Origin: Candidatus Latescibacterota bacterium
Lineage (GTDB): Bacteria > Latescibacterota > UBA2968 > UBA8231
Length of the DNA stretch: 64,000 bases
Reading direction: 5' to 3'
NCBI GenBank assembly: GCA_965208105.1
Contig: OZ242318.1
Location: 1,760,001-1,824,000, forward strand
How positions within the stretch are numbered: position 1 is the first letter of the stretch; each line of letters starts with the position of its first letter. Below, piece by piece: positions 17,787 to 26,688 of this stretch. The notes beneath the pieces were generated by a model. The model made no database searches. It was not told where the DNA came from and saw only the letters and a program-made list of their open reading frames with translations. A program made the translations under genes and the position numbers.

Positions 17787-20700
17787 CTACAGACGCGCAG
17801 TTTCAATCCATTCCTTGTGCATACGAGCGAACCGGTAAGCTTCCTGTTGCTCAGCATCCGGCCCATCGAAACTGTTCAAGACCCGATCGTAAACCCCCAC
17901 CGCTTTTCTCCACTCGCCCAAGGACTCGTAGCAAACCCCCATATTGCTCAAGGCGCCTATCTCGCTTTCAGTGCCTGGGTATTTCTGAGTAATCTCCTTG
18001 AACCCTTCGATGGCTTCGCGGAATTTGTCCTTATCCCCCGACTCCAGCGCTTCGGCGAAAACCGCCTCGACCTCGGCATATGCCACATAGGCAACCACCT
18101 CTTTGAGATCCGCCAGAAGTTCGGGAATCTTCTCGGACTCCTCGCTGTCGGGGAAGCGACGGAGGACAGCCTCGTATATTTCTATTGCCTCCTCGTAACG
18201 CTCCTCGTTGTAAAGAAAATCTCCAACAGTGAATTGTGATTTGGACGCTAGCGGACTTGCCGGATAATCGTCAGCCATCTGCTGGAAGGCTGCCATGGCC
18301 TCTTCTTCGCGTTTGAGATTGAATAGAGACCAAGCCAGGTTGTAGGCCGCATCGTCAGCAAGATCCGCATTCGGAAATTCGTCCAACAATGTATTGTAGA
18401 ACGTCAACGCCTTTTCAAACTCCTCCAGGTTGTAACGTGCTTCACCTGCCCGGAACAGGGCGTCCGGTGCCAACTCGGTACGCGAGTACTCGGAAGCCAG
18501 GGTGGCAAAAACTCCTGCCGCCCGCTCAAATTGGGTCAGGTTGAAGAGGGCGTATCCCAGATAATACATACCATAGGACCGGTTGGGATGTCGCGGGAAT
18601 TTCTCAAGATACTGGCTCAACACCCGAGTAGTCTCTTGGAGATTTTCCTTTTCAAATAAAACCTGCCCAAGGATAAAACTCATATCCCCTGAATAATAGG
18701 AATCGGGATATTTATTCAAGGCGGTCTTGTAAATGGAGATGAGAGCGTCTATATCCTGCCGCTGATTGAAAGTATCACCTAAGAGGAAATAGGCCTTCTC
18801 TTTCAAAAAGTAGGGGTTGTCGCCGCGGGACTCGGGAATGTCCAGGGCAATTATTTCACGACAAATCTCTTCGACTTTCCCGTAGTCCTTGATGCCATAA
18901 TAGAGTTCGGTCAGCACAACCAGGTGTTCGGCACGTTCTTCCAAATCCTTAGCGGATTCGACCAACGCGGTGTAGTCGTTGATAGCCTCCTCCTCACGCC
19001 CCATTTCCAAATGCGCCAAGCCGATCATTCTCCTGGTCGAAACCACGAGATCCTCGTTGTCGCTCTCCAACAATGGCTTCAGAATGGCCACTGCCTCGCC
19101 ATATCGCCTTAGCTTGAGCAGGCTAACCCCGCGACCGTAGTCGGCCCCTTGGCGTATCTCTTTGTCGGTTGAGGAAGCACTGGCCTGGGCCAGTGCCTCT
19201 ATTGCACTTTCATAGTTGTCCACCTCAATCAGGGTGCGGCCCTTCATGTAGTAGAACCTGCCCCTCTCCTCGGGGTCGGTGACTTGCTCCAGTCCATTGT
19301 CGAGAGCGGCTAATGCTCCATCATAATCCTGGGCTTCGGCCAGCAGGCGGCTTGCCTCCAACATGGCTTTGGGCAGTAAGCCCGAATTTGGATCAATCTT
19401 GTAAAATTCAGCAATCGCCGTCTCTACTTCTCTGAGATCCCGGTAACAAAGAGCCAGTTCAAACTGGGCGGCATGGCGTTCGGCGGCATCGGGAAAATCC
19501 TTGAGAATGCGATTGTAGGCCGAGATAGCATCCTCATATTCGCCGTCCTGGTATTTTATCCGGGCCATTTGCAAAAGCGCGCTCCGCAAATAGTCCGGAT
19601 CAGCTTCCTCCTCGACGATGACCTGGTAGATTTCAAGTGCCCGAGCCACGCCATCCTCGTCCCCGAGCAATCCCTTCATTTGGAAACAGAGTGCCGTATT
19701 GAACTTGGTCGCGGCCATTGCCAGGTCGCTTTCGGGATAGTCGCGCTCGATATCTCCATAAACGCCGATGGCCCGATCATAGGCCGCGGCCGCACTGTCA
19801 GCGACCTCCTCCAAGCGAAATCTTTCCGCCACCTCGAAATGCGAGCGGGCGACCTTGTATTCCGCCCAGGAAGGAGAAAATCCTGCCGCTGACGCCACAT
19901 CCACATAGGCATCCAGGTAAAGTTCGTATTCTTCGATTGCCTTGATATAATTCTCGGTTTTGTAGTAGTGTTCGGCCAGGAGAGACTGCATGCTGGCCTG
20001 AAAATAGCGATTATTGCTGCCATCTATGGCTTCGTGGTAGGTGCGCACCGCACCTTCGTAATCCCCACTGTCATAGTACATATCCGCCAGGCGGATATAC
20101 CCCTCGGATACAAGCCGCTGCTCCTGGGCAAACGCATTGATCACCTTTTTGTAGGCTTCGACAGCATTCTCCGAATTGCCGCTCTTGGCATAGCAATCGC
20201 CAACCTTGATCTGGGCCTTGGCAGCCAGTTCGAGCGCAGTTTCGTCGACCAGTCCTGCAATCTTTTCCCTCCGCATCCTGAGCAACTCGCGCTCGCTCAT
20301 CTGGTCGATGCGCTGACGGTCCACCACATCCTGATACCAGGGAGCAGCTTCCTCAAATTTTCCTTGATTGAAATAAGCCTCGCCAATTTGAAAGAGGGCA
20401 CGCTCGGCCTGGTACCCTGCAGGAAAATGGCGAACTAATCTTTGGAAGGCCTCTATGCTCTCTTCATACTGCTCCGTATCGAAATAGGCCCAACCGGCAT
20501 TGTAAAGCACATTTACCAGCCATCGATTGTCCGGGTAGAGCTCTTCAAAGGCTTTGCCCTCTCTTATTACCTCCTCGTAATCCCCACTCTCATAGAGCAC
20601 CGAAACCAGTCGATTGCGGGCAAGAGCCTTCAATTTTGGTGATGTGGCAGTTTCCTCGCTTCGCCGGAAATAGGATGCAGATTTGCGGAACCCGGCCTTC

Positions 20701-21044
20701 GCCTCTTCCTCCAAAGCCGCCTTGCGCTCGGGCTGGCGGGTCCGATATGATTTTATCTGTGCCTCTTCAGCTTGCTTGAAGTAAGAGTTCCCCGTCTGGT
20801 AGAGAGCGATCTCCTTGATGGGGGCTTCGATTTCCCCGATCTCCTCGGTAATCTCCTCTGCGACCAGCAGATCGCTCTCAATACTGTTAATGCGTTCGTA
20901 GTTTTCAATCGCCTGTTTGTAGTCCTCCTGGCCATAGAACTTTTGTGCTTGCTTGAAGGAAGCGCGCACCTCTTCCGGCGTGGGCACCAGGGTAGAACCT
21001 GCAATCAGGCCTATCAGCGAAGCGATGAGAATTAAAGCAGCCAT
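17787..21044 (-). CDS. Very large periplasmic TPR protein (BamD/YbgF/CpoB-type repeats)
   Basis: Signal-like N-terminus MAALILIASLIGLIAG. More than 20 TPR units such as YPDNRWLVNVLYNAGWAYF, FPAGYQAERALFQIGEAYF, LAPDALFRAGEARY, FPNADLADDAAYNLAW. Confidence 0.85.
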   Translation of the reverse strand: MAALILIASLIGLIAGSTLVPTPEEVRASFKQAQKFYGQEDYKQAIENYERINSIESDLLVAEEITEEIGEIEAPIKEIALYQTGNSYFKQAEEAQIKSYRTRQPERKAALEEEAKAGFRKSASYFRRSEETATSPKLKALARNRLVSVLYESGDYEEVIREGKAFEELYPDNRWLVNVLYNAGWAYFDTEQYEESIEAFQRLVRHFPAGYQAERALFQIGEAYFNQGKFEEAAPWYQDVVDRQRIDQMSERELLRMRREKIAGLVDETALELAAKAQIKVGDCYAKSGNSENAVEAYKKVINAFAQEQRLVSEGYIRLADMYYDSGDYEGAVRTYHEAIDGSNNRYFQASMQSLLAEHYYKTENYIKAIEEYELYLDAYVDVASAAGFSPSWAEYKVARSHFEVAERFRLEEVADSAAAAYDRAIGVYGDIERDYPESDLAMAATKFNTALCFQMKGLLGDEDGVARALEIYQVIVEEEADPDYLRSALLQMARIKYQDGEYEDAISAYNRILKDFPDAAERHAAQFELALCYRDLREVETAIAEFYKIDPNSGLLPKAMLEASRLLAEAQDYDGALAALDNGLEQVTDPEERGRFYYMKGRTLIEVDNYESAIEALAQASASSTDKEIRQGADYGRGVSLLKLRRYGEAVAILKPLLESDNEDLVVSTRRMIGLAHLEMGREEEAINDYTALVESAKDLEERAEHLVVLTELYYGIKDYGKVEEICREIIALDIPESRGDNPYFLKEKAYFLLGDTFNQRQDIDALISIYKTALNKYPDSYYSGDMSFILGQVLFEKENLQETTRVLSQYLEKFPRHPNRSYGMYYLGYALFNLTQFERAAGVFATLASEYSRTELAPDALFRAGEARYNLEEFEKALTFYNTLLDEFPNADLADDAAYNLAWSLFNLKREEEAMAAFQQMADDYPASPLASKSQFTVGDFLYNEERYEEAIEIYEAVLRRFPDSEESEKIPELLADLKEVVAYVAYAEVEAVFAEALESGDKDKFREAIEGFKEITQKYPGTESEIGALSNMGVCYESLGEWRKAVGVYDRVLNSFDGPDAEQQEAYRFARMHKEWIETARL

Positions 21045-21069
21045 ATTCTTTATGCCTGGGTTATGTAGG

Positions 21070-23886
21070 TTACAAAACGGGTTCCAATCCAACTACCATG
21101 CGGATGAAAAACTGCTCAAAATTGATATCCAGAACGTCACGCGATGGGTCCTTCATTTCGCGTTGACTGATCTGATAACCTGCAGTGAGCACTTGGTCAT
21201 AACCAGCATAAGTAAACCTATTGATGATCATCAGCAGGAAATCTTTGGTATCGTAATTCTGATTTTCATCCTCCAAATTGCGGTAGTTCGCCGGGAGGCC
21301 CGGAAAACCTTGAATGCCGGCTCTGAACCAACTCTGCTCGGTAAATTTATACCGGACCAAAACCATGGGGTATGAGAACCACTCCCCCAGTTGATGAACG
21401 AAACCCTCGTCGTCCGTCAGCTTGCGGAACATGAATTTGTAGCGAGGGGCAATCTCCAATCCGGACAACCTCCAAGTGTAGTCAGTCCGGAAAACGGATG
21501 TCCACAACCGAATCCTATTCGGGTCCTCATCCATTCCCATACCCCCAACCTGGCGGTTGTAGTCGAACTTGAAATTGGCCTCGGCAAAAAAGTTCTGGAG
21601 ACCGGTAAACCTTCCGTTGATGAAAAAGGTGTTGACCCAACTGTTTTTCATCAATAATTCATCTTCGACAAAAACCCTGATGACCCCCCGAGGATTGAGG
21701 CGGTCAAAGTTGGCGATATCCCCGTATCGCGCTACATCGTCAGGTATGTCATCTTTGACCCTTTTGAAGAAATCGACAATCCGGAGATCGCCAATTGCCG
21801 GGAATTCCCAGGTATATTCCCCGACGATGTAATTCGATCTACTCCGCATGCCACCTCGAATTGCGGTCATGTCATATCGACCGACCCTCAAATCCAATCT
21901 GGAAATCGGACGGTCCCGCAGGTAAACATGATACCCCTTGCGATTCAAATCGTAGGGATAATCAGGCGCGTTATCGTCCTCGCGCAGGTCAATCACCCCG
22001 TTATTGTCCAAATCCTCTCCGTAGGAGAAATCATCAGGATCGACATCGTAGAGGAGAAAGGGTTCAAAGTAGTCGGGCACGGCATTGTAATTTCGGTTTG
22101 TATCCGGTTGTCCATCCAGGTCTTTATCCAACCCGGGGAAGACCCCATTCAGATCGGAGAAACTGGGAAGGAAGAAGTTGTCCGGAAAGGGGTCCTTGTC
22201 GTCATTGTCGTCGACGCTGTTCAGATCAAGAGTGAAATTCAGCGCATCCCTGACAGTGCCCAAATCACCGGCAAAGGGGCCCGGAGGATCGGTGTATTGC
22301 TTCAGGGTCAAATCTGTGACCGTGAGTGTGGTATTGTATTCAGGATCGAGGCGAAACCACTCAGCACCAACCGCCGTTCTGGCAGAGAGTTCCCTTTCTG
22401 CATTGAGCAACCATGCATCTCCTCCCCTGTCATGCCGCCCACCCCTGGGACATTCATCGCATAAAGGCTGCCGGGCGGGGAACCTGAGAAAATTAGTACT
22501 ATGGGCCCATTCTCCCTTGAATCTGAATCCTTTTACATCCGTCTTCAATTCCAGTCCGGTAATCGTAACCCCCGTATCGCGCCCGTAATCAAATCTCACC
22601 CTGCGAATATCAGAGCCGGCAGTCCGCCTTCCTTGGGAGCCGGCCACCTCCTCGAAATAAGTGGCTGTATTGCGTTGCCTGGGATCCTTTTTGTCCAGGC
22701 GGGGATCCTCGTTGTAAATCTCTGCAACGCTGATTTTGTAATTGCCACTCACCAAGGCTTCAAAAGAGATCGACTCGATGAAAACCGGGTTTCCTTCCTC
22801 GTCAAACTCGGCCACGCTCCTGAGGATTCCATCATTGTTGAACTCAGGCAACGGGAACCAATACAAGACGTATTCCTTGCCATCCGCGGTGAGGAACTCT
22901 TGCGCCTCGGGATCGATAAAGGGATAGTCCCCTCCTAGCTGTCGGCCGAGCAATACTTCCACGTAGGGGGGAATAGAGCCAACGCCACGAGGAAAGCGGG
23001 CGTCGCCGTTGGGAAAGTCGAGGTTGTACCTTTCTCTATGATGCTTGGTAATAAAGGGCTCGATGTCCGGACGCGGGACCCCATTGAGAATGATCTCAAC
23101 GTCGAAAACACGGGCACCATCGCCATCGAGCAGGGAACTGTCATCGATTCGAACCACCATGTAGTCAATTATCTGATTCACATTGGGCAACTGGCCCTTC
23201 ATACCATCCCACTTGGGTGGAGAACGGCTGTCAACCCTGAAAAGATTGACATAGGAGGCCGCTACCTCGAAGGTGTTGAAACGTCCCCGCCAATGCCCTC
23301 CCAGCAGGTATGCGGCGAAGGGATTGGTAGCAAGAACCGCATCGCGGGTATCAAAAATCGGGCGATCCAGACGTGAAGTTGCAATGGTAAAATTGTGTTT
23401 CTCATTGGCCACATCCCACCGAATGCCGTTGAGGGCAGCCAAGTCCAGGACCAATGGAGAAAAGTGCGTGCGGATTCGGTCGCCAATGATAAAGCGGGTG
23501 TGCCAATTGTTGTAGCTGTCATCCGCGACCATCAAACGGTTCATATAATTCGTGTAATTTCCCGGCTTGTTTACAGTACTGCCACTGAAGGGATTTACAG
23601 GATCGTCGAACCGCCGAGTCTCTTCCATCCTATAGACCTCAACACCGTTCACAAGGAATTGGCCGAATTCGTCATAAACAGGGTTGGCTGTCCGGGTGAG
23701 GACATTGCGCGGCCAAGGTCGGTATCCTTCAATACCATAGTTGTCATAGGTCAACAAACCCGGCCTGTAGAGCAACAGTCGCGAGCCGGTTGTATGCGGA
23801 TCCAATAGGTCGGGCTCGCCTTCGCTCCATGTAGTGGCAGCGAAGCTCAGTATGATGCCTATTGAGAAAAAGATTTTTCTAAGCAT
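21070..23886 (-). CDS. Large secreted/predicted outer-membrane protein, paralogue B
   Basis: Signal peptide MLRKIFFSIGIILSFAATTWS; LNGIRWD; YLLGGHW; VDDNDDKDPFPD...GVFPGLDKDLDGQPDTNRNYNAVPDYFEPFL; beta-strand-rich C-terminus. Confidence 0.7.
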   Translation of the reverse strand: MLRKIFFSIGIILSFAATTWSEGEPDLLDPHTTGSRLLLYRPGLLTYDNYGIEGYRPWPRNVLTRTANPVYDEFGQFLVNGVEVYRMEETRRFDDPVNPFSGSTVNKPGNYTNYMNRLMVADDSYNNWHTRFIIGDRIRTHFSPLVLDLAALNGIRWDVANEKHNFTIATSRLDRPIFDTRDAVLATNPFAAYLLGGHWRGRFNTFEVAASYVNLFRVDSRSPPKWDGMKGQLPNVNQIIDYMVVRIDDSSLLDGDGARVFDVEIILNGVPRPDIEPFITKHHRERYNLDFPNGDARFPRGVGSIPPYVEVLLGRQLGGDYPFIDPEAQEFLTADGKEYVLYWFPLPEFNNDGILRSVAEFDEEGNPVFIESISFEALVSGNYKISVAEIYNEDPRLDKKDPRQRNTATYFEEVAGSQGRRTAGSDIRRVRFDYGRDTGVTITGLELKTDVKGFRFKGEWAHSTNFLRFPARQPLCDECPRGGRHDRGGDAWLLNAERELSARTAVGAEWFRLDPEYNTTLTVTDLTLKQYTDPPGPFAGDLGTVRDALNFTLDLNSVDDNDDKDPFPDNFFLPSFSDLNGVFPGLDKDLDGQPDTNRNYNAVPDYFEPFLLYDVDPDDFSYGEDLDNNGVIDLREDDNAPDYPYDLNRKGYHVYLRDRPISRLDLRVGRYDMTAIRGGMRSRSNYIVGEYTWEFPAIGDLRIVDFFKRVKDDIPDDVARYGDIANFDRLNPRGVIRVFVEDELLMKNSWVNTFFINGRFTGLQNFFAEANFKFDYNRQVGGMGMDEDPNRIRLWTSVFRTDYTWRLSGLEIAPRYKFMFRKLTDDEGFVHQLGEWFSYPMVLVRYKFTEQSWFRAGIQGFPGLPANYRNLEDENQNYDTKDFLLMIINRFTYAGYDQVLTAGYQISQREMKDPSRDVLDINFEQFFIRMVVGLEPVL

Positions 23887-23890
23887 TCGC

Positions 23891-26665
23891 TCAATTCGTC
23901 CTTACTTGGAGGAAAAATTCCGAGGTTTCGACTTCGCCCACAGTAGCGGAGCCGACGTTATCGATAAAGGACTTGCGCAACCCCAAATTCATGCTGACCT
24001 GATAGCCTATGTAACTGCTGTTGTTCTGAAATGCCACGATATAGTGCCAAGCATCGAAATCCTGGAAGGAGGCCGCACTATTGCGATATTGATGTTTTAC
24101 AAAAGGAAGCCCCTGTATGCCACCCCGAAGTATGGTGTTTTCGGTGAGGGTATAATCGACCCGCATAATGGGAGCGAAGGTCGTCGCGTCCTCTATTGTT
24201 CCCTTGAATATTGAAGAATCTTCGCGGCGATAGCTCAATTTTAACATTGGCGTTACAACCAATCTCGTAATTGGCTCCCAACCATAATCGATCCGATTGA
24301 CTACTGCCAAAGACCAATCCGTACCCTCGTTCTGAATAATCCCGTCATCGGTGGTCTCACTCAAGCGACGATTGTTTTCGTAGCGCCAGGTTGAGTTGAG
24401 GTTCAGGTGCTCAAGGCCCTTGTATGTAAACTTGGCGAAACTCAGGCTCGCCCAACTATTGAGATAGTTGAGGGGATCATGGCGCAACTTGATCTCGTAG
24501 TTTCCCCTTACAATCGGATTCGACACGTATTCAAACAGAGGATCGGGAATGTCGTCCTTTACCCGCTTTGTACGATGATGGAGATCCAGGGAAACGTCCC
24601 AGCCGAGATCTCTATTATACTCGACCTTGGTGTAGATGGCTTGATTTTGACCAAAGCCTGCCAGTTGATCGACGTCGTGGCCTCCGAAGGTCAACTTTAA
24701 GTTGGGACGTGGCCTGAATGTAATGAAGAAATGTTGTCCTTCGCTGTCGCGCTCGTATGGATAATCCGGCTTATTGTCATTTTCCCGGGAATCGACGACA
24801 CCATTGTTATTGAAATCGTCGCCGTATACGAATTCCTCCGACTCGACGTAGTACATCAAAAAGGGTTCTACATAATCGGGAAGAAGATTGTCGTTGACGT
24901 TGGTATCGATTATTCCGTCTCCATTGTCATCGAGGCCGGGGAAAACCCCAAAACCAATGTCCCTAAGGGATGCGGGTTCCAGATTTTCCCTAGATTCTGG
25001 GGTGGACAGGGTAATATCGTCCTGAAAGATAAGGCTCAGGGGGTCCTCATGTTCCCATGAATCCGGCCATGGATCGAGATCGTCATTGTCGTCAATAAGC
25101 TGGAATTCCTTCAGTCTCAACGCCTTACCATCATCCCAATAACTGAAGGAAGTACGGTAGTCGGGGGGGACCTTAAAGACCTCGAAATTCAGGTCGAAAT
25201 CCTCGAAGGCACGCTTGCCCACTATGGAATAGGCCTGAGCATCGAGGGTATTGCGCGCCCCGGCATTTCCCGATACAGGAAATAGAAGGTGGTGATTGCT
25301 GATACTGTAATCTCCGTGCACATCAAACCCCATCCAGGTCAGATCCGCCTGAGCGCCCCACATTTCCAATCCGGTTGGGAATCCATGCGCAACATCCACC
25401 CACCGTAGATTTGATTCATCCCTTGTATTTCCGCTTGCACGCGAAACATTCCGCCAGTCGTCCCAGGTACGCCCCTGGATACCATGCCAGGAAATGGGAG
25501 TACCGATGTCGATGGCATAATCATTGCCAACCAGGATTCGAAATGAAATATCATCAAGGCCAACTGGCATTCCATCTTCGCCCAATACTTCCTGGGGGAC
25601 CTCAAAGCGGTAGATCAGGACATCAAATCCGCTGGCTTCCAGGGGCCCCGTATGGCCGTCCAGAACTTCACCAACGTCGAACAAACTCCCATTGAGAAGA
25701 GCCACAGATGGAAAATTCATGACGCGCGGCAACCAGGACTGGCGCTGCCGGGCGTGTGGCACGTCTTCAACCCGCATTCTTTCGGACACGAAGCGGGCGT
25801 TCTGGCCAACGCGCAGTGCGTCTGTAATTTTACGGATCTCCGGAGGTGTCTGGCTGAGCTTTCCATTCACGTACATCTCTATGGCGTGGACCCGGCCGCC
25901 ACCTACACCATCTTCAGGCGAATCGTCGGTCACGGCTATGTAGATGGATTGGGGACTGATCAAATTTCCAGGGAAGACCCCTTTCCGGAACGATCCCTCT
26001 CCTCTCTTAACCAGCGAATCAGTGATATGCGTGTTGACGTAGGAGGCTCCGAACCTGAGGATGCTACCCAACTGGGTTTCCCAGTGCCCCCCGTACAGAT
26101 AGGTCACGAAATCCAGGGGACGAGACAGGGCAAATAGGCGCAACGGTTCGGAAATTCGCGTAGCCAGCACCGAGAAGCGATTTCGCCGCGAGTCGGCGTC
26201 CCAGCGTATACCATTCATCCGCAGGACACCGAGCATCATGGGATTATAGTAGGCTTCCACCGCCCTGCCTACGGTAAATGCGGTGCCCCATCCCCTATAG
26301 GTGTCGTTGGCTACCACCAGGTTTTGAAACAAATCCCTGTAAAGGTTGTCTTTGAAAATTGTGCTTCCACCAAATGGAGAAAGGGTGCGGTACTCATTCG
26401 TTCTGTAAAGATCGAGCCCTTTCAACAAAGTGGCGCCAAAGGGATCGTAGGTTCGCTGATCCTCGTCCAACCGCAACACCTGTCCCTGCCGCAGAAGGCG
26501 TACGTCCCTGAAGCTGAAGTGCGCATAATTTTCGTAGGACTCATTCTGCCAGAGGGGATAATATTCCCGGCTGATATACTGGCCATCTGATGGCGCAGAC
26601 CATAGCACCACAAATAGAAACAGCAGCAAGGAATATGCGGGTGTGATAAATCGCTTGTCGTTCAT
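23891..26665 (-). CDS. Large secreted/predicted outer-membrane protein, paralogue C
   Basis: Signal peptide ...LLLFLFVVLWSAPSDG; MNGIRWD; YLYGGHW; IDDNDDLDPWPD...GVFPGLDDNGDGIIDTNVNDNLLPDYVEPFL; ends EFFLQVRTN. Confidence 0.7.
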   Translation of the reverse strand: MNDKRFITPAYSLLLFLFVVLWSAPSDGQYISREYYPLWQNESYENYAHFSFRDVRLLRQGQVLRLDEDQRTYDPFGATLLKGLDLYRTNEYRTLSPFGGSTIFKDNLYRDLFQNLVVANDTYRGWGTAFTVGRAVEAYYNPMMLGVLRMNGIRWDADSRRNRFSVLATRISEPLRLFALSRPLDFVTYLYGGHWETQLGSILRFGASYVNTHITDSLVKRGEGSFRKGVFPGNLISPQSIYIAVTDDSPEDGVGGGRVHAIEMYVNGKLSQTPPEIRKITDALRVGQNARFVSERMRVEDVPHARQRQSWLPRVMNFPSVALLNGSLFDVGEVLDGHTGPLEASGFDVLIYRFEVPQEVLGEDGMPVGLDDISFRILVGNDYAIDIGTPISWHGIQGRTWDDWRNVSRASGNTRDESNLRWVDVAHGFPTGLEMWGAQADLTWMGFDVHGDYSISNHHLLFPVSGNAGARNTLDAQAYSIVGKRAFEDFDLNFEVFKVPPDYRTSFSYWDDGKALRLKEFQLIDDNDDLDPWPDSWEHEDPLSLIFQDDITLSTPESRENLEPASLRDIGFGVFPGLDDNGDGIIDTNVNDNLLPDYVEPFLMYYVESEEFVYGDDFNNNGVVDSRENDNKPDYPYERDSEGQHFFITFRPRPNLKLTFGGHDVDQLAGFGQNQAIYTKVEYNRDLGWDVSLDLHHRTKRVKDDIPDPLFEYVSNPIVRGNYEIKLRHDPLNYLNSWASLSFAKFTYKGLEHLNLNSTWRYENNRRLSETTDDGIIQNEGTDWSLAVVNRIDYGWEPITRLVVTPMLKLSYRREDSSIFKGTIEDATTFAPIMRVDYTLTENTILRGGIQGLPFVKHQYRNSAASFQDFDAWHYIVAFQNNSSYIGYQVSMNLGLRKSFIDNVGSATVGEVETSEFFLQVRTN

Positions 26666-26688
26666 AAGCCTCTCTCTTAAGGAAACAA

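Noticed and set aside
12248-26665. The three large proteins as classical TonB-dependent receptors or RTX toxins
   Set aside because: No plug-domain motif, no terminal Phe and no GGxGxD nonapeptides. The acidic motifs are DxDxDG-type.
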